Origin: Syntrophales bacterium
Lineage (GTDB): Bacteria; Desulfobacterota; Syntrophia; Syntrophales; UBA2185
Assembly: GCA_049512055.1 (NCBI GenBank)
Contig: JBEKXK010000003.1
Span: 9,282 to 73,281, forward strand
Direction: 5' to 3'
Length of the DNA: 64,000 nt
Shown: positions 50,482-60,788 of the stretch, one piece after another
How the letters are laid out: each line of letters opens with the position of its first letter
Position numbering within the stretch: position 1 is the stretch's first letter
Program-made: the position numbers and the translations under genes
Notes under the pieces: generated by a model
Database searches by the model: none
Seen by the model: the letters and a program-made list of their open reading frames with translations, nothing else
What the model was told of the DNA's origin: nothing

Positions 50482-52770
50482 TTGTTTACAAAAATAGTCT
50501 TAAGGCGGGATGGTCAGGTGATTGTTTTGCGGAGGGCGAGATGGCGATGCTCCTTTATTTGTCTGATCATCTTTTTTTATTTCAATCCCGCTTATAACTC
50601 AACTGCTGCTGAGACTGATATCAAGGGGCCCATAACATTGGAGGCGGATAGTGTTGCCTATGACAAGGAGGAAGATACCTATCATGCGAAGGGCAATGTT
50701 CTGATTGTCTTTTCCGGGGGCATCCTCATGGCAGAGTCGGTAGTTCTCAATAGGGCAACGAACGAGGCGAATGCCGAAGGTTATGTGATGCTCATAAGCG
50801 ACGGAGATATTCTCGAGGGAGACACGGTTGACTTTAACATTGAATCGAAGACTGGTGTCGCCTACCAAGGCAAGATGTTTTTTGCCGCTAATCATTTTTA
50901 TGTAAAGGGCTCAAAAATTGAAAAAACAGGGGAAGCCTCATACCGTTTTGAAAATGCCACGGCGACCGCATGCGATGGAGATTCTCCGGACTGGCGTTTG
51001 ACGGGGAGGGAACTGGATGTAACCGTTGAAGGCTATGGAACCCTTAAAGATGCTAAGTTTCTGGCAGGTAGCGTCCCCCTTCTCTATTCTCCCTATATGC
51101 TGTTCCCGGCAAAGAAGGCCCGGCAGTCAGGCTTCCTTTTTCCTTATATGGGCTACTCTGCGGATAAGTTGGGCTGGGATATCGAACTCCCTTACTACTG
51201 GGCGATTTCAGAGGATACAGATGCAACATTTTATCAGCGATATATGGATAAGAGGGGGTTTAAAGAAGGCGTTGAATTCAGATACTTCCTCAGCAAGGAT
51301 ACATTTGGCACCTTTTACGGCGACTTCATGAATGATGCTGCCCGCATTACCGAAACGGGTGAAACAACCGGAGGAATACCCAGAGACTGGCAGTCCGACC
51401 ACAAGAGATGGTCATACTTTCTGAATCACGAGACCACCTTCGATCCTTCATTTTCCCTCAGGACAGATATCCACAAGGTTTCAGACAGCTTTTACTTCAA
51501 AGACTTTTCCTCGCATAATTATTATCTCGATAATTATTCATTGACGGAAGCAGATAGATTCAAGAAGGTTCCCTTTTATGGTGACGAAACTCTTGGTTCA
51601 CTGAACTCGACAATCCGTATGGCCAAGAACTGGCAATTATACAATCTGACAGCACTTATAAGCTACACCGATGATTTCTCGAGCGCCTCTAATGACGCAA
51701 CTTTGCAGAAGTATCCCGAAATAACACTTCATGGAATAAAGCGTCCTATCTTTGGCTCTCCTGTCAATTTTGAGTTTGATACAGCTTATGATTATTATTA
51801 CAGAAATGACGGGCAAAAGGGACATCTTTTTGACCTGCAACCTGCCTTGTCCCTGCCTCTGCGCTGGCGTGATTTTCTCCAGGTCACGCCGCAGGTAGGC
51901 ATTAAGAGTACTACCTGGGACCGGGATGACAATATTGACACAGGCCAAGGCAAACGGGGCTCCCGGGAATTGTACAATATCGGAGCAACGGCTACTACGG
52001 AAATCCACAGGATATTCGATGTAGGCGGCGAGACCGTAGACAAAATTCGACATGGCATCAGGCCTGAATTCACGTACAACTATATTCCCAATGTGTCTCA
52101 GACGGATCTTCCCGACTTTGTTGCTGCCATACCTGAGCAGAACACCTTAACATACTCCTTGACCAACACGCTCTTGGCAAAAATGAAAGAAAAGGACGGT
52201 GGAAAAAGTTACCTTGAGTTTCTGCGCTTCAAGGTGTCCCAGACCTTTGATTTCAAAGAGGCAAGAAGGGGCGATGTCGATCCACCGAGGGACAGAAGGC
52301 CTTTCAGTGAGGTTGACATGGAACTCGACATCAAACCCTTTCAGTATTTTTCACTCATGGCGCGTAACAATTACGATGTGAATTCAGGCCAATGGCTTCA
52401 AACCAATTATGATATGAACATCAGCGATTGGCGGGGAGATTCGGCGACCGTAGGATATCGATCTTCCAAGAGTATTGTCAACGTGGTCAGCCCCGCTACG
52501 GCGACAACGCCACTTACCTCCTTCCAATACACCCAGGCTGCCAATGAAGAGTTAGACATCTCCCTTAAAGTTGTGGTAACGAAATCCGTAGACCTTATTT
52601 ATGTTTCGAGAAAGGATCAGCTGAATGATATAATCATGGAGCGGACATATGGCGTCAAATATCGCGAGCAGTGCTGGAGCGTCGAAGTATACATCTCTGA
52701 AACTGCGACTGATAGGACTTTTATGGTAGGATTTTCTCTTCTCGGGCTCGGTAAAATTGGCGGGAGGTAG
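50482..52770 (+). CDS. lptD: LPS-assembly outer-membrane protein LptD
   Basis: 762 aa with a signal/TM-like N-terminus, an OstA-like N-domain (ADSVAYDKEEDTYHAKGNVLIV...) and a large beta-barrel with aromatic-rich strands. Confidence 0.85.
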   Translation: MFTKIVLRRDGQVIVLRRARWRCSFICLIIFFYFNPAYNSTAAETDIKGPITLEADSVAYDKEEDTYHAKGNVLIVFSGGILMAESVVLNRATNEANAEGYVMLISDGDILEGDTVDFNIESKTGVAYQGKMFFAANHFYVKGSKIEKTGEASYRFENATATACDGDSPDWRLTGRELDVTVEGYGTLKDAKFLAGSVPLLYSPYMLFPAKKARQSGFLFPYMGYSADKLGWDIELPYYWAISEDTDATFYQRYMDKRGFKEGVEFRYFLSKDTFGTFYGDFMNDAARITETGETTGGIPRDWQSDHKRWSYFLNHETTFDPSFSLRTDIHKVSDSFYFKDFSSHNYYLDNYSLTEADRFKKVPFYGDETLGSLNSTIRMAKNWQLYNLTALISYTDDFSSASNDATLQKYPEITLHGIKRPIFGSPVNFEFDTAYDYYYRNDGQKGHLFDLQPALSLPLRWRDFLQVTPQVGIKSTTWDRDDNIDTGQGKRGSRELYNIGATATTEIHRIFDVGGETVDKIRHGIRPEFTYNYIPNVSQTDLPDFVAAIPEQNTLTYSLTNTLLAKMKEKDGGKSYLEFLRFKVSQTFDFKEARRGDVDPPRDRRPFSEVDMELDIKPFQYFSLMARNNYDVNSGQWLQTNYDMNISDWRGDSATVGYRSSKSIVNVVSPATATTPLTSFQYTQAANEELDISLKVVVTKSVDLIYVSRKDQLNDIIMERTYGVKYREQCWSVEVYISETATDRTFMVGFSLLGLGKIGGR

Positions 52771-52860
52771 AATTATCTAATCTGCTCAAGGTTTTTTCTT
52801 GACAAATAGCAGGAAATTTCGTAGCTTCCTTATTTACATTTTCGGCAAGTGGGTGAATCT

Positions 52861-53289
52861 ATGAAGACTTATAACGCGAAGAAAGAGGACATCGTCAGAA
52901 ACTGGTATGTCATCGATGCGGAAGGACATATTCTCGGCAGACTAGCCAGTGAGGTTGCAAGACGTCTCAGAGGCAAACATAAACCCGTTTATACACCATA
53001 TATGGATGCAGGGGATTTTGTGATAGTTGTCAATGCCGGTAAGGTTTCTCTCTCCGGCAAGAAACTGTCCGATAAAGTATATTATCACTATTCCGGTTAC
53101 CCGGGTGGTATCAAAAAAACGTATGCCGGCAAATTGTTAAAGGAAAGCCCGGAAAAGGTCCTGATGTATGCGGTCAGGGGTATGCTGCCGAAGAACTCTT
53201 TAGGCAGGAAAATGTTGAAGAAACTCAAGGTCTATGTAAATAATGATCACCCTCACGAGGCCCAGTGCCCTGAGGTAATCAAGTTATAA
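52861..53289 (+). CDS. rplM: 50S ribosomal protein L13
   Basis: MKTYNAKKEDIVRNWYVIDAEG.ILGRLAS.VA..LRGKHKP.YTP. Confidence 0.97.
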   Translation: MKTYNAKKEDIVRNWYVIDAEGHILGRLASEVARRLRGKHKPVYTPYMDAGDFVIVVNAGKVSLSGKKLSDKVYYHYSGYPGGIKKTYAGKLLKESPEKVLMYAVRGMLPKNSLGRKMLKKLKVYVNNDHPHEAQCPEVIKL

Positions 53290-53370
53290 TGGTTTTTGTT
53301 CGATTGGTTGGTATCGTCTGATACTTGCCGGATTTTGCATACCACGTTTATTGTCGGGAGATATGAAATA

Positions 53371-53760
53371 ATGGAAAAACGGTTTTATGCCACGGGGAAA
53401 AGGAAGTACGCCATTGCCAGAGTCTATATGAAGGAAGGCAGCGGAAACCTTTTAGTGAACAAACGGAATTTCGATGATTATTTTACTCGGGATAGCCTCA
53501 AAATGATTATCATGCAGCCGCTCGAAATTGTGGGGGCGCGAAACAAGTTTGATTTTTTTGTCAACGTATCAGGCGGCGGCGTAGCCGGGCAGGCAGGGGC
53601 TATAAAGCACGGCATAACCAAGGCGCTCGTTGAATATGATGCGGAATGGCGCTCAGTACTTAAGAAAGCGGGTTTCTTAACAAGGGATTCGCGCATAAAG
53701 GAAAGAAAAAAGTACGGCCAGCCGGGTGCGAGGAAGCATTTCCAATTTTCAAAAAGATAG
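53371..53760 (+). CDS. rpsI: 30S ribosomal protein S9
   Basis: [22 protein letters not shown]...VN and the C-terminal [25 protein letters not shown]. The ORF is open from 53296. Confidence 0.97.
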   Translation: MEKRFYATGKRKYAIARVYMKEGSGNLLVNKRNFDDYFTRDSLKMIIMQPLEIVGARNKFDFFVNVSGGGVAGQAGAIKHGITKALVEYDAEWRSVLKKAGFLTRDSRIKERKKYGQPGARKHFQFSKR

Positions 53761-53770
53761 TATTATGGAA

Positions 53771-53796
53771 GGAGGCTTCTCGGCCTCCTTTTTTTT
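53771..53796 (+). terminator. Rho-independent terminator after rplM-rpsI
   Basis: GGAGGC-ttctcg-GCCTCC followed by T8. Confidence 0.85.
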
Positions 53797-53945
53797 GGAC
53801 GAAACATAAGATTATCATGTCGACCGACGAAAGAAATCTTATGAGTTACTTAAATATTTTGAGATTGCACGGCATGTCCCGTCCGCAATGACACTTGTGT
53901 AGACTTGTAACTTTTTTTTTCGCAAATAAACAACAGGTAACATAT

Positions 53946-54983
53946 ATGCTTAAAGTAGGGATATACGGGGCGAGTGGATACACCGGACAGGAACTTCTCA
54001 GGCTTCTGCTCAGGCATCCGCAGGCTGAAGTTGTGGCGGTGACATCTCGGAGATATGCGGGGGTCCCGGTTGCTGATATCTACCCTGTATTTGCCGGCTT
54101 GACCGATTTGGCATTCGTTGACGCGTCTCCGGAGGATATAGCAGGCGCGGCGGATATCGTTTTTCTGGCCCTGCCCCATGGGGTTTCCATGACTGTGGCC
54201 CCGCTTTTCTTGAAGGCCGGGAAGAAGGTGATCGATCTCAGCGCGGATTTTCGTCTGCACGATGTTGCCACTTACGAAAAATGGTATAGCAGGCATACTG
54301 CTCAGAATATTATAAAAGAATCAGTTTACGGAATACCGGAGCTATACGGAAACGAAATTGCCAAGGCAAGGTTGGTTGCCAATCCCGGCTGTTATCCAAC
54401 CAGTGTAATTCTTGGCCTTGCCCCGTTGGTGAAGGCAAAATTGATCGATGATTGCTCTATTATAGCTGATTCAAAATCCGGCGTGAGCGGTGCGGGAAGA
54501 GAGCCGCAGGTCGGGACGCTCTTCTGCGAGGTTGACGAAGGATTTAAGGCTTACAAAGTTGGAGAGCACCGGCATACGCCGGAGATGGAACAGGAGATCA
54601 GTATTCTCGCCGGTTGCGATGTGATGATTTCGTTCACACCCCACCTCCTTCCCATAACCCGGGGAATCCTCAGCACGATATATGCTACGCTTCAGAAGGA
54701 AGTTGCAACGGCGGAGCTGATCGATCTTTACCGGGTATTTTACAAGGGAAAGAAGTTTGTCAGGGTATACAAGACGGGTGCGCTTCCCAATATTTCTTCG
54801 GTCCGGGGTTCCAATTACTGTGACATAGGTCTCTCTGTTGATGCCAGAACAAGAAGGGTTATCATCATATGCGCCATCGACAATCTTATCAAAGGTGCGG
54901 CCGGCCAGGCTGTACAAAATATGAATCTCATGTGCGGCCTCAGCGAAGATATGGGACTTGGCATGATATCCTTGTTTCCTTAA
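53946..54983 (+). CDS. argC: N-acetyl-gamma-glutamyl-phosphate reductase
   Basis: [21 protein letters not shown] and the active-site ANPGCYPT. The ORF is open from 53895. Confidence 0.93.
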   Translation: MLKVGIYGASGYTGQELLRLLLRHPQAEVVAVTSRRYAGVPVADIYPVFAGLTDLAFVDASPEDIAGAADIVFLALPHGVSMTVAPLFLKAGKKVIDLSADFRLHDVATYEKWYSRHTAQNIIKESVYGIPELYGNEIAKARLVANPGCYPTSVILGLAPLVKAKLIDDCSIIADSKSGVSGAGREPQVGTLFCEVDEGFKAYKVGEHRHTPEMEQEISILAGCDVMISFTPHLLPITRGILSTIYATLQKEVATAELIDLYRVFYKGKKFVRVYKTGALPNISSVRGSNYCDIGLSVDARTRRVIIICAIDNLIKGAAGQAVQNMNLMCGLSEDMGLGMISLFP

Positions 54984-55092
54984 GAGAACGTCCTTTGCCG
55001 ATGTGATTCCTTACGACTGCTCATGGCTGCGGCTCATCTAGGAAGTGACACTTAGCGCAAATTTTCAAAGGACTGCACTGTAAGAGAGATAG

Positions 55093-56574
55093 ATGTCTAT
55101 AAAAATATACAACACGCTAACAAAGAAGAAAGAGACATTCGAACCCCTCGTTGAAGGACGGGTGGGTATCTATGCGTGCGGCATCACCGCCTATGATGTC
55201 TGTCATGTGGGCCATGCCCGTTCGGCTGTAGTTTTCGATGTCATCACAAGGTATTTTCAGTATAGAGGATATCATGTCACGTACGTGAAGAACTTTACGG
55301 ACGTGGATGATAAGATTATCATGAAGGCCAATGCGGAAGGGAAAACAATATCTGAAATATCGGAGAGGTATATCAGAGAGCATGACGAAGATATGGATGC
55401 GCTCGGGATAGCCAGGCCTACAATTGCGCCCAGGGCCACAGAGCATATCGCCGGCATGATAAAGCTGATCAATATTCTTCTTGCCAGCGGCCTTGCCTAT
55501 GAGGCCGATGGCGATATCTATTATGCGGTTGAGAAATTTAAAGGATACGGGAAGCTTTCGGGCAGAAATCTGGAAGAAATGATAGCCGGCGCCCGCGTGG
55601 ATGTAAGTGAGAAGAAAAAGTATCCCCTCGACTTCGCCCTCTGGAAAGCCAGCAAGGAAGGGGAGCCATGGTGGGACAGTCCCTGGGGCAGAGGGAGACC
55701 GGGATGGCATATCGAGTGTTCAATTATGAGCCAAAATTTTCTCGGGGATACTTTCGATATCCATGGCGGCGGAGAAGATTTGATATTTCCCCATCATGAG
55801 AATGAGATTGCCCAGTCGGAAGGGGCGACTGGTAAACCGCTTGCCAGATTCTGGATCCACAATGGCTTTGTAAAGGTCAGCAGTGAAAAGATGTCTAAGT
55901 CGCTCGGCAATTTTTTTACCATTAAGGACATATTGAAGAATTACCATCCGGAGGTACTGAGGCTCTTTATGCTTCAGAGCCATTACAAGGGGCCCGTGGA
56001 CTTTTCGGGCGAGTCACTTGCCGAGGCAAGGATGGGCATGGAACGGTTTTATGCCACTCTGAAAGCTGTCAAGGGCACGCTTGCAGCCTGTGGGGATCTT
56101 TCCGCGGTCACCATGGAAAAACTTTCTGGAAAGGATAGAGATATATTCGACAAAATTGCTTCGCTCCCGGATAGATTCAAAGAGGCCATGGATGATGATT
56201 TCAATACACCGAGGGCCATAGGCTACGTCTTCGACACCGTGAGACTTGTAAACGGTTATATGTCAGAGGAAAAATTCTCCGTATCCGCCGAGGCTTGCCT
56301 TATTCTGGATAAGGCGAGAATGGTCATTGCGGAAGTCGGTGGGGTCTTGGGATTATTCCTCGACGACCCTGATGATTATTTTATGCAGGATCGAAACAGG
56401 GAGGCCGGAAAGCGGAGCTTGGACGTGCATGAAATCGACCGTCTGATTGAAGAGAGGCGGGCAGCCCGGCTGGCCAAGGACTGGAAGAGGGCCGATGAAA
56501 TCAGACATCTCCTCGCGGAAAAAAATATCATTCTCAAGGATACCCCTGCCGGTACATCCTGGAAGATAGAATAA
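55093..56574 (+). CDS. cysS: Cysteine--tRNA ligase (canonical)
   Basis: 493 aa with YACGITAYDVCHVGHARS (HIGH), NFTDVDDKI, GWHIECS, FDIHGGGEDLIFPHHENEIAQS and KMSKSLGN. Confidence 0.96.
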   Translation: MSIKIYNTLTKKKETFEPLVEGRVGIYACGITAYDVCHVGHARSAVVFDVITRYFQYRGYHVTYVKNFTDVDDKIIMKANAEGKTISEISERYIREHDEDMDALGIARPTIAPRATEHIAGMIKLINILLASGLAYEADGDIYYAVEKFKGYGKLSGRNLEEMIAGARVDVSEKKKYPLDFALWKASKEGEPWWDSPWGRGRPGWHIECSIMSQNFLGDTFDIHGGGEDLIFPHHENEIAQSEGATGKPLARFWIHNGFVKVSSEKMSKSLGNFFTIKDILKNYHPEVLRLFMLQSHYKGPVDFSGESLAEARMGMERFYATLKAVKGTLAACGDLSAVTMEKLSGKDRDIFDKIASLPDRFKEAMDDDFNTPRAIGYVFDTVRLVNGYMSEEKFSVSAEACLILDKARMVIAEVGGVLGLFLDDPDDYFMQDRNREAGKRSLDVHEIDRLIEERRAARLAKDWKRADEIRHLLAEKNIILKDTPAGTSWKIE

Positions 56575-56634
56575 AATTCTGAGAACCTTGGCAGATATTC
56601 GCGAGGTGCAAAAAGCCTCGGTAAGTAAATCCCT

Positions 56635-57432
56635 TCAAAAGCGGTCAGATAACTTTCCTTGCAATATGGTAACGGCTTGGCCGCCCAGGTGAACACGTTC
56701 ATTATCCACGCGTACCCTCACGAAGCCGCCCCTTGTTGAGGCCTGATAGCCGACCATCTCATCCCTGCCGAAACGAGCTGCCCAGTATGGAGCAAGGCAG
56801 CAATGGGCGGAACCGGTAACGGGGTCCTCGTTTACGCCTACCTGCGGGGCAAAGAAGCGGGAGACAAAATCGTATTCACTGGAACTCGAAGGGCTCGTAA
56901 CGATGACGCCGCGCATCGGTATTGTGTTGAGGAGCGCAAAGTCGGGATTGATCCTGCGGAGCATTTCTTCTGACTCTATTTCCACGAGGTAGTCGAAGCG
57001 ATTTCTTCCCACATATTTGAAGCCGACCCCCAGCGCCTTGGAGAGATCCAAAGGGGCGGACGCTCTTGTCTCTGGTTCAGCAGGGAAATCCATTTCAATC
57101 CAGCCATCTTTGCGTTTGGCAGTCAGCAATCCGCTTATCGTATAAAAGCGGCACTGTTCTTTCGCACCCATGTGCCCGCCTGCCCATAAGGCATGAGCAC
57201 TGGCGAGGGTGGCATGTCCGCAGAGGTCCACCTCCACGGCCGGTGTGAACCACCGTAGATTATAACCATTCTCCTTTTCTTCCAGAAATGCCGTTTCAGA
57301 CAGGTTCATCTCCCGTGCCACATTTTGCATCCATGCGTCATCATGATGTCGTGTCAGGATACAGACAGCGGCCGGATTTCCTCTGAATGGTTGATCTGTA
57401 AATGCGTCAATCTGAAAAATTATCTCCCCCAT
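56635..57432 (-). CDS. PhzF family isomerase-like protein
   Basis: 265 aa, FQIDAFTDQPFRGNPAAVC, ETAF and CGHATLA motifs. Confidence 0.8.
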   Translation of the reverse strand: MGEIIFQIDAFTDQPFRGNPAAVCILTRHHDDAWMQNVAREMNLSETAFLEEKENGYNLRWFTPAVEVDLCGHATLASAHALWAGGHMGAKEQCRFYTISGLLTAKRKDGWIEMDFPAEPETRASAPLDLSKALGVGFKYVGRNRFDYLVEIESEEMLRRINPDFALLNTIPMRGVIVTSPSSSSEYDFVSRFFAPQVGVNEDPVTGSAHCCLAPYWAARFGRDEMVGYQASTRGGFVRVRVDNERVHLGGQAVTILQGKLSDRF

Positions 57433-57477
57433 AGATTTTTCCTCATAGTGTTATTAAGCAGTCTCCTAAATAGCATC

Positions 57478-58410
57478 TCATTTTCTTCTCTTAATAACAC
57501 GCCACAGGGCGAGCACTCTCTCTGCCAGGATGGCAACGATCACCCGCGGCACCCAGAGCCAGAAAGGACTGAGGCCAAGCGACAGAAACAGGCTGGGGTC
57601 TTCCACCAGGGCATGATTGATGCCTATGGAAAGGTGAAGTTCTTCCAGTTCTTCTTCAGTCAAGTGTCCGGCTTTAACCTCTTCAACGATCACGGCGCCG
57701 CCGTAAAGGATCCCGAAAATGACGGCGGTGAGCCAGAGAAAACCCACCTTTTGCTTGAGTCCCATAATCTTTAAGAGAGGGTTAAGCACCCTGACCATGG
57801 GACTGATCAGATCAAATGTCTTTAAGATTTCCAATAGGGTGAGGATGCACATGATAATAACAAATATCTTGATGCTGAGGCCTAGTGTAGTCAAACCCCA
57901 CTCCTGCAATGCCTCAATTAAGGGCCGGGTCATTTCCAGAGACGAGCCCTTTTTTTCTGGTGCAGTCATCGTAATATTAAAAAAAGGCGCCACTGCGATT
58001 ACCGTGATTGTGGCGGCGACAAGACGAAATAACGTGGCTTTAAGAGGATGAATTCTTGACTTTGCCTGGACAATGCCCTCTTGAATCAGATTATGGGCAA
58101 TGAGAAGAAAGATGGCCATCAAAGTCATTTGGTCCTGAGAAAACGGCAGCACGGACATAGCGGCGATGCCACCGTAGATACCTGTAAGCATGCCGATCAG
58201 GAGTGGAAGGGTGGCCATAGCCGGTAGGCTGAGGATGCTCATCACGGGCTGAAGGAGAAAATCCAGGCGACCCAGCCATCCGGTCCATGCAAGGAGGGCA
58301 GTAAAAAGAGAGACGGGAATGAGGATCTTCATGATCCAGAGGAAACCATTCAGCCCTTTGCGAAGGCCCGATTGCAGGCCTTCTTTGATTCGACTCCTAT
58401 CCAATTCCAT
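57478..58410 (-). CDS. Polytopic membrane protein with nucleoside-recognition (Gate) domain-like repeats
   Basis: 310 aa with about 8 hydrophobic segments. Gly-rich helices (LLIGMLTGIYGGIAA; VIFGILYGGAVIV) resemble Gate/FeoB-C-type domains. The family call is tentative. Confidence 0.4.
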   Translation of the reverse strand: MELDRSRIKEGLQSGLRKGLNGFLWIMKILIPVSLFTALLAWTGWLGRLDFLLQPVMSILSLPAMATLPLLIGMLTGIYGGIAAMSVLPFSQDQMTLMAIFLLIAHNLIQEGIVQAKSRIHPLKATLFRLVAATITVIAVAPFFNITMTAPEKKGSSLEMTRPLIEALQEWGLTTLGLSIKIFVIIMCILTLLEILKTFDLISPMVRVLNPLLKIMGLKQKVGFLWLTAVIFGILYGGAVIVEEVKAGHLTEEELEELHLSIGINHALVEDPSLFLSLGLSPFWLWVPRVIVAILAERVLALWRVIKRRK

Positions 58411-58435
58411 GATTTCTCTATCACCATCTCACTGA

Positions 58436-59590
58436 TTAAATTAGCCCAAGGAGGTGGAATATCTTCTCAAAACGCATTTCCCAGGAATGTTCGCTGCGTG
58501 CCCGCTCGTAGCCTTTCCTTCTGATCTCATCCGCCTTCTCGGGATTTGACAGGAGAAAGCGGATCTTTTCAACTAGGTCATCAAAATCTCTATAGGTGAC
58601 GATTTCAGAACCGATATCATAAAATCTATCCAGCTCAGGGTGATATTCAGTAAGGTAGAGTCCTCCGCTCATGGGAATTTCAAAATCCCTCCCTTTGAGG
58701 CAGTATGTGTTACTGAGGCCGATGACGCTTCCGAAGCCCAGGTTAATCCTGCTTATTGAATACATGCGCACCATGTCCTCCGCGGTAAGAGGGGCATTCG
58801 GCCAACCAAACCCATATGCTTCAACGTGAATGCCGTGAGATTCAAGTCTTCTGATGACCTCAGGTCGGTTTCCGTAGCATTGACCGACGAAAGACACATC
58901 AATAGTTTTGTCCGTATCATATGGTTTATGGATTTCAGGGTTTGCTCCTTCGGGGAGATAGATGGGGACGGCCCCCTCCACGCAATATTTTTTCACGGCG
59001 TCTGCCGTACTGGTCCAGCAGATATCAAAGAAACGACAGATGTCTCTGGAGCCCATGGAGTGGCCGCTTTTGATTTTTCCCACAAAATGTTCTTTGTCGT
59101 TCAAGGCAAGATTAACCATGGGGATACCTAAGCTCTTTAATGCCTGGACAGTTTCCGGCGATACGATCTCTCCCGAAAGATAGGTAAAGATGACATCGGT
59201 TGTATCCTGTTTGACCCATTGTTCTAACTGTTTCACGAGGTATCTGTTCATTTCTGGCCTTAGAGCTTTATGCCAGTTTTTTCTCTGGTGATTGAATCGC
59301 TCGACCCAATCGTAGTGCCGGACGTATCCGAATTTTTCTAACGACGGTTTCAACGATTCGTTTTCCCAGTTGTAGTGATGATAGATGGCGAGGATGCTAA
59401 GGGTTCCTTTGGCTTTGGAGCGGATGTGGGGAAACCTTTTCCTCATCTCCTGCCGGATGGTCTCTTCGTCGGGTATCTTGAGATGGCGCGAGGCAAACGC
59501 GCTCTCGTAATAGCTGCCTTCCCGCTTCAATCTGAGATCATTTTTCCAGATCCGGAATTTGATGCGGTATTTTTTCAGCGGGTCATTCAT
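58436..59590 (-). CDS. CgeB-family / GT1-like glycosyltransferase
   Basis: 384 aa. The C-terminal half reads INLGF...KGRDFEIPMSGGLYLTEY.PELDRFYD.G.EIVTY.DFDDLVEKIRFLL..PE....IR..GYERA..EHSW..RF, as in CgeB-type glycosyltransferases. Confidence 0.5.
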   Translation of the reverse strand: MNDPLKKYRIKFRIWKNDLRLKREGSYYESAFASRHLKIPDEETIRQEMRKRFPHIRSKAKGTLSILAIYHHYNWENESLKPSLEKFGYVRHYDWVERFNHQRKNWHKALRPEMNRYLVKQLEQWVKQDTTDVIFTYLSGEIVSPETVQALKSLGIPMVNLALNDKEHFVGKIKSGHSMGSRDICRFFDICWTSTADAVKKYCVEGAVPIYLPEGANPEIHKPYDTDKTIDVSFVGQCYGNRPEVIRRLESHGIHVEAYGFGWPNAPLTAEDMVRMYSISRINLGFGSVIGLSNTYCLKGRDFEIPMSGGLYLTEYHPELDRFYDIGSEIVTYRDFDDLVEKIRFLLSNPEKADEIRRKGYERARSEHSWEMRFEKIFHLLGLI

Positions 59591-59619
59591 CGTGACATAG
59601 GAGTTAGTTTTAACAGGTA

Positions 59620-60555
59620 TCAGTCTGTGTTCTTCGTTTTCCTGATGGTGTACAGCCTCGCTCCATTGGACTTGTCCACCCGGTCATTCATCATATTGAG
59701 CGCGTGCCCGGCATCGATGGCGGGGATGGAAAACCGCATTGCCACATCGACGCATACAGGGAGCGATCCTATACCAGCTCCAACGATGCATAAAGCGGTC
59801 TCAGATGATATCTGCTTTAAAATCCCTTCTTTTATCGATTCCCATCGTGTTGCAACGTACTCGGCGGGTGTTTCCACAAACGACAGATCTGGCTGGCTCG
59901 AAAACCGGGCAAACCAGTTTGTACAGGACTCTCTGTTGAAATCCGAGTTCAGTATGCAGACCTTCTTGTTGTCCACAAGGCGTATGAAAGCCTCTGACGT
60001 CAGATATGCATAAACCACATAGAAGGGGATGTAATTTTCAGAAGTCAGGTAGATCCCGTTTTGAAAGAGACATTTCAGAAACGTGGAGGCCGATGGTGCC
60101 TCTTTTGACTTGCGGAAAAGCTTGAACAATTTTTTTTCCTTACCGGTGGTATTTCCCGGGAAAATCAGGGGAGCAAGTATCCCCGATGAGGCAAGGATTC
60201 CCAAGGCATCAATATGTGAGGGCATCGCCTCTCTGATGGCACGAACAGATTCGGCCTGCTGATAGAGACCATTACAACTGAGATCGTATTCATAAAATGC
60301 GTATTCCCCATCGGCAAAACGAACAACCGGCGTTGCCCTTCGCTCTGATAATCCACGGGAAATAGCAAGATGCAATATCCTGAAATAGTCATCACCTGTA
60401 GGAACGTCCCGGTGGAACAGACAGGTTTCCTGATCTACAATATCCGGGGCGTTGATCTTGATGACAGGGAGATTATCAATATCCTTGAGAAGGAGCCTTT
60501 CAAATCGGAATTTTCCATTTTCAAGCAAGCGGTTTAGAGGTGACATGTCTTCCAT
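59620..60555 (-). CDS. Hypothetical protein, possibly a GT-D (DUF1792-like) glycosyltransferase
   Basis: 311 aa. VVRFADGEYAFYEY resembles the R-[FY]-GDGE signature, and the C-terminal CIVGAGIGSLPV...IPAIDAGH resembles the DUF1792 core. The assignment is weak and rests on motifs only. Confidence 0.3.
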   Translation of the reverse strand: MEDMSPLNRLLENGKFRFERLLLKDIDNLPVIKINAPDIVDQETCLFHRDVPTGDDYFRILHLAISRGLSERRATPVVRFADGEYAFYEYDLSCNGLYQQAESVRAIREAMPSHIDALGILASSGILAPLIFPGNTTGKEKKLFKLFRKSKEAPSASTFLKCLFQNGIYLTSENYIPFYVVYAYLTSEAFIRLVDNKKVCILNSDFNRESCTNWFARFSSQPDLSFVETPAEYVATRWESIKEGILKQISSETALCIVGAGIGSLPVCVDVAMRFSIPAIDAGHALNMMNDRVDKSNGARLYTIRKTKNTD

Positions 60556-60788
60556 AAATAAGATACCTCACTGCAATCATTAAGACTAGTGCTAACCTGC
60601 GGAAGTTCGCATTGTATCATTTCGACCCCGTCGTTTTTACTCAGGGTAAACTCCGTGAGAAATATCTTCCACTCACATTTAAGATTTCCCAGTCACTCCG
60701 TTCCTTCAAGATGACACGTTTTTTTGAAGGTTGGTACAAGTGTCATTCATCATGTTATTATCAAACGGATACCTTTACGCACCGCATT

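Noticed and set aside
59375-60013. 212-aa plus-strand ORF spanning the CgeB-like and GT-D-like gene junction
   Set aside because: It is antisense to two coding genes and crosses their intergenic gap. It has no RBS or motif support.
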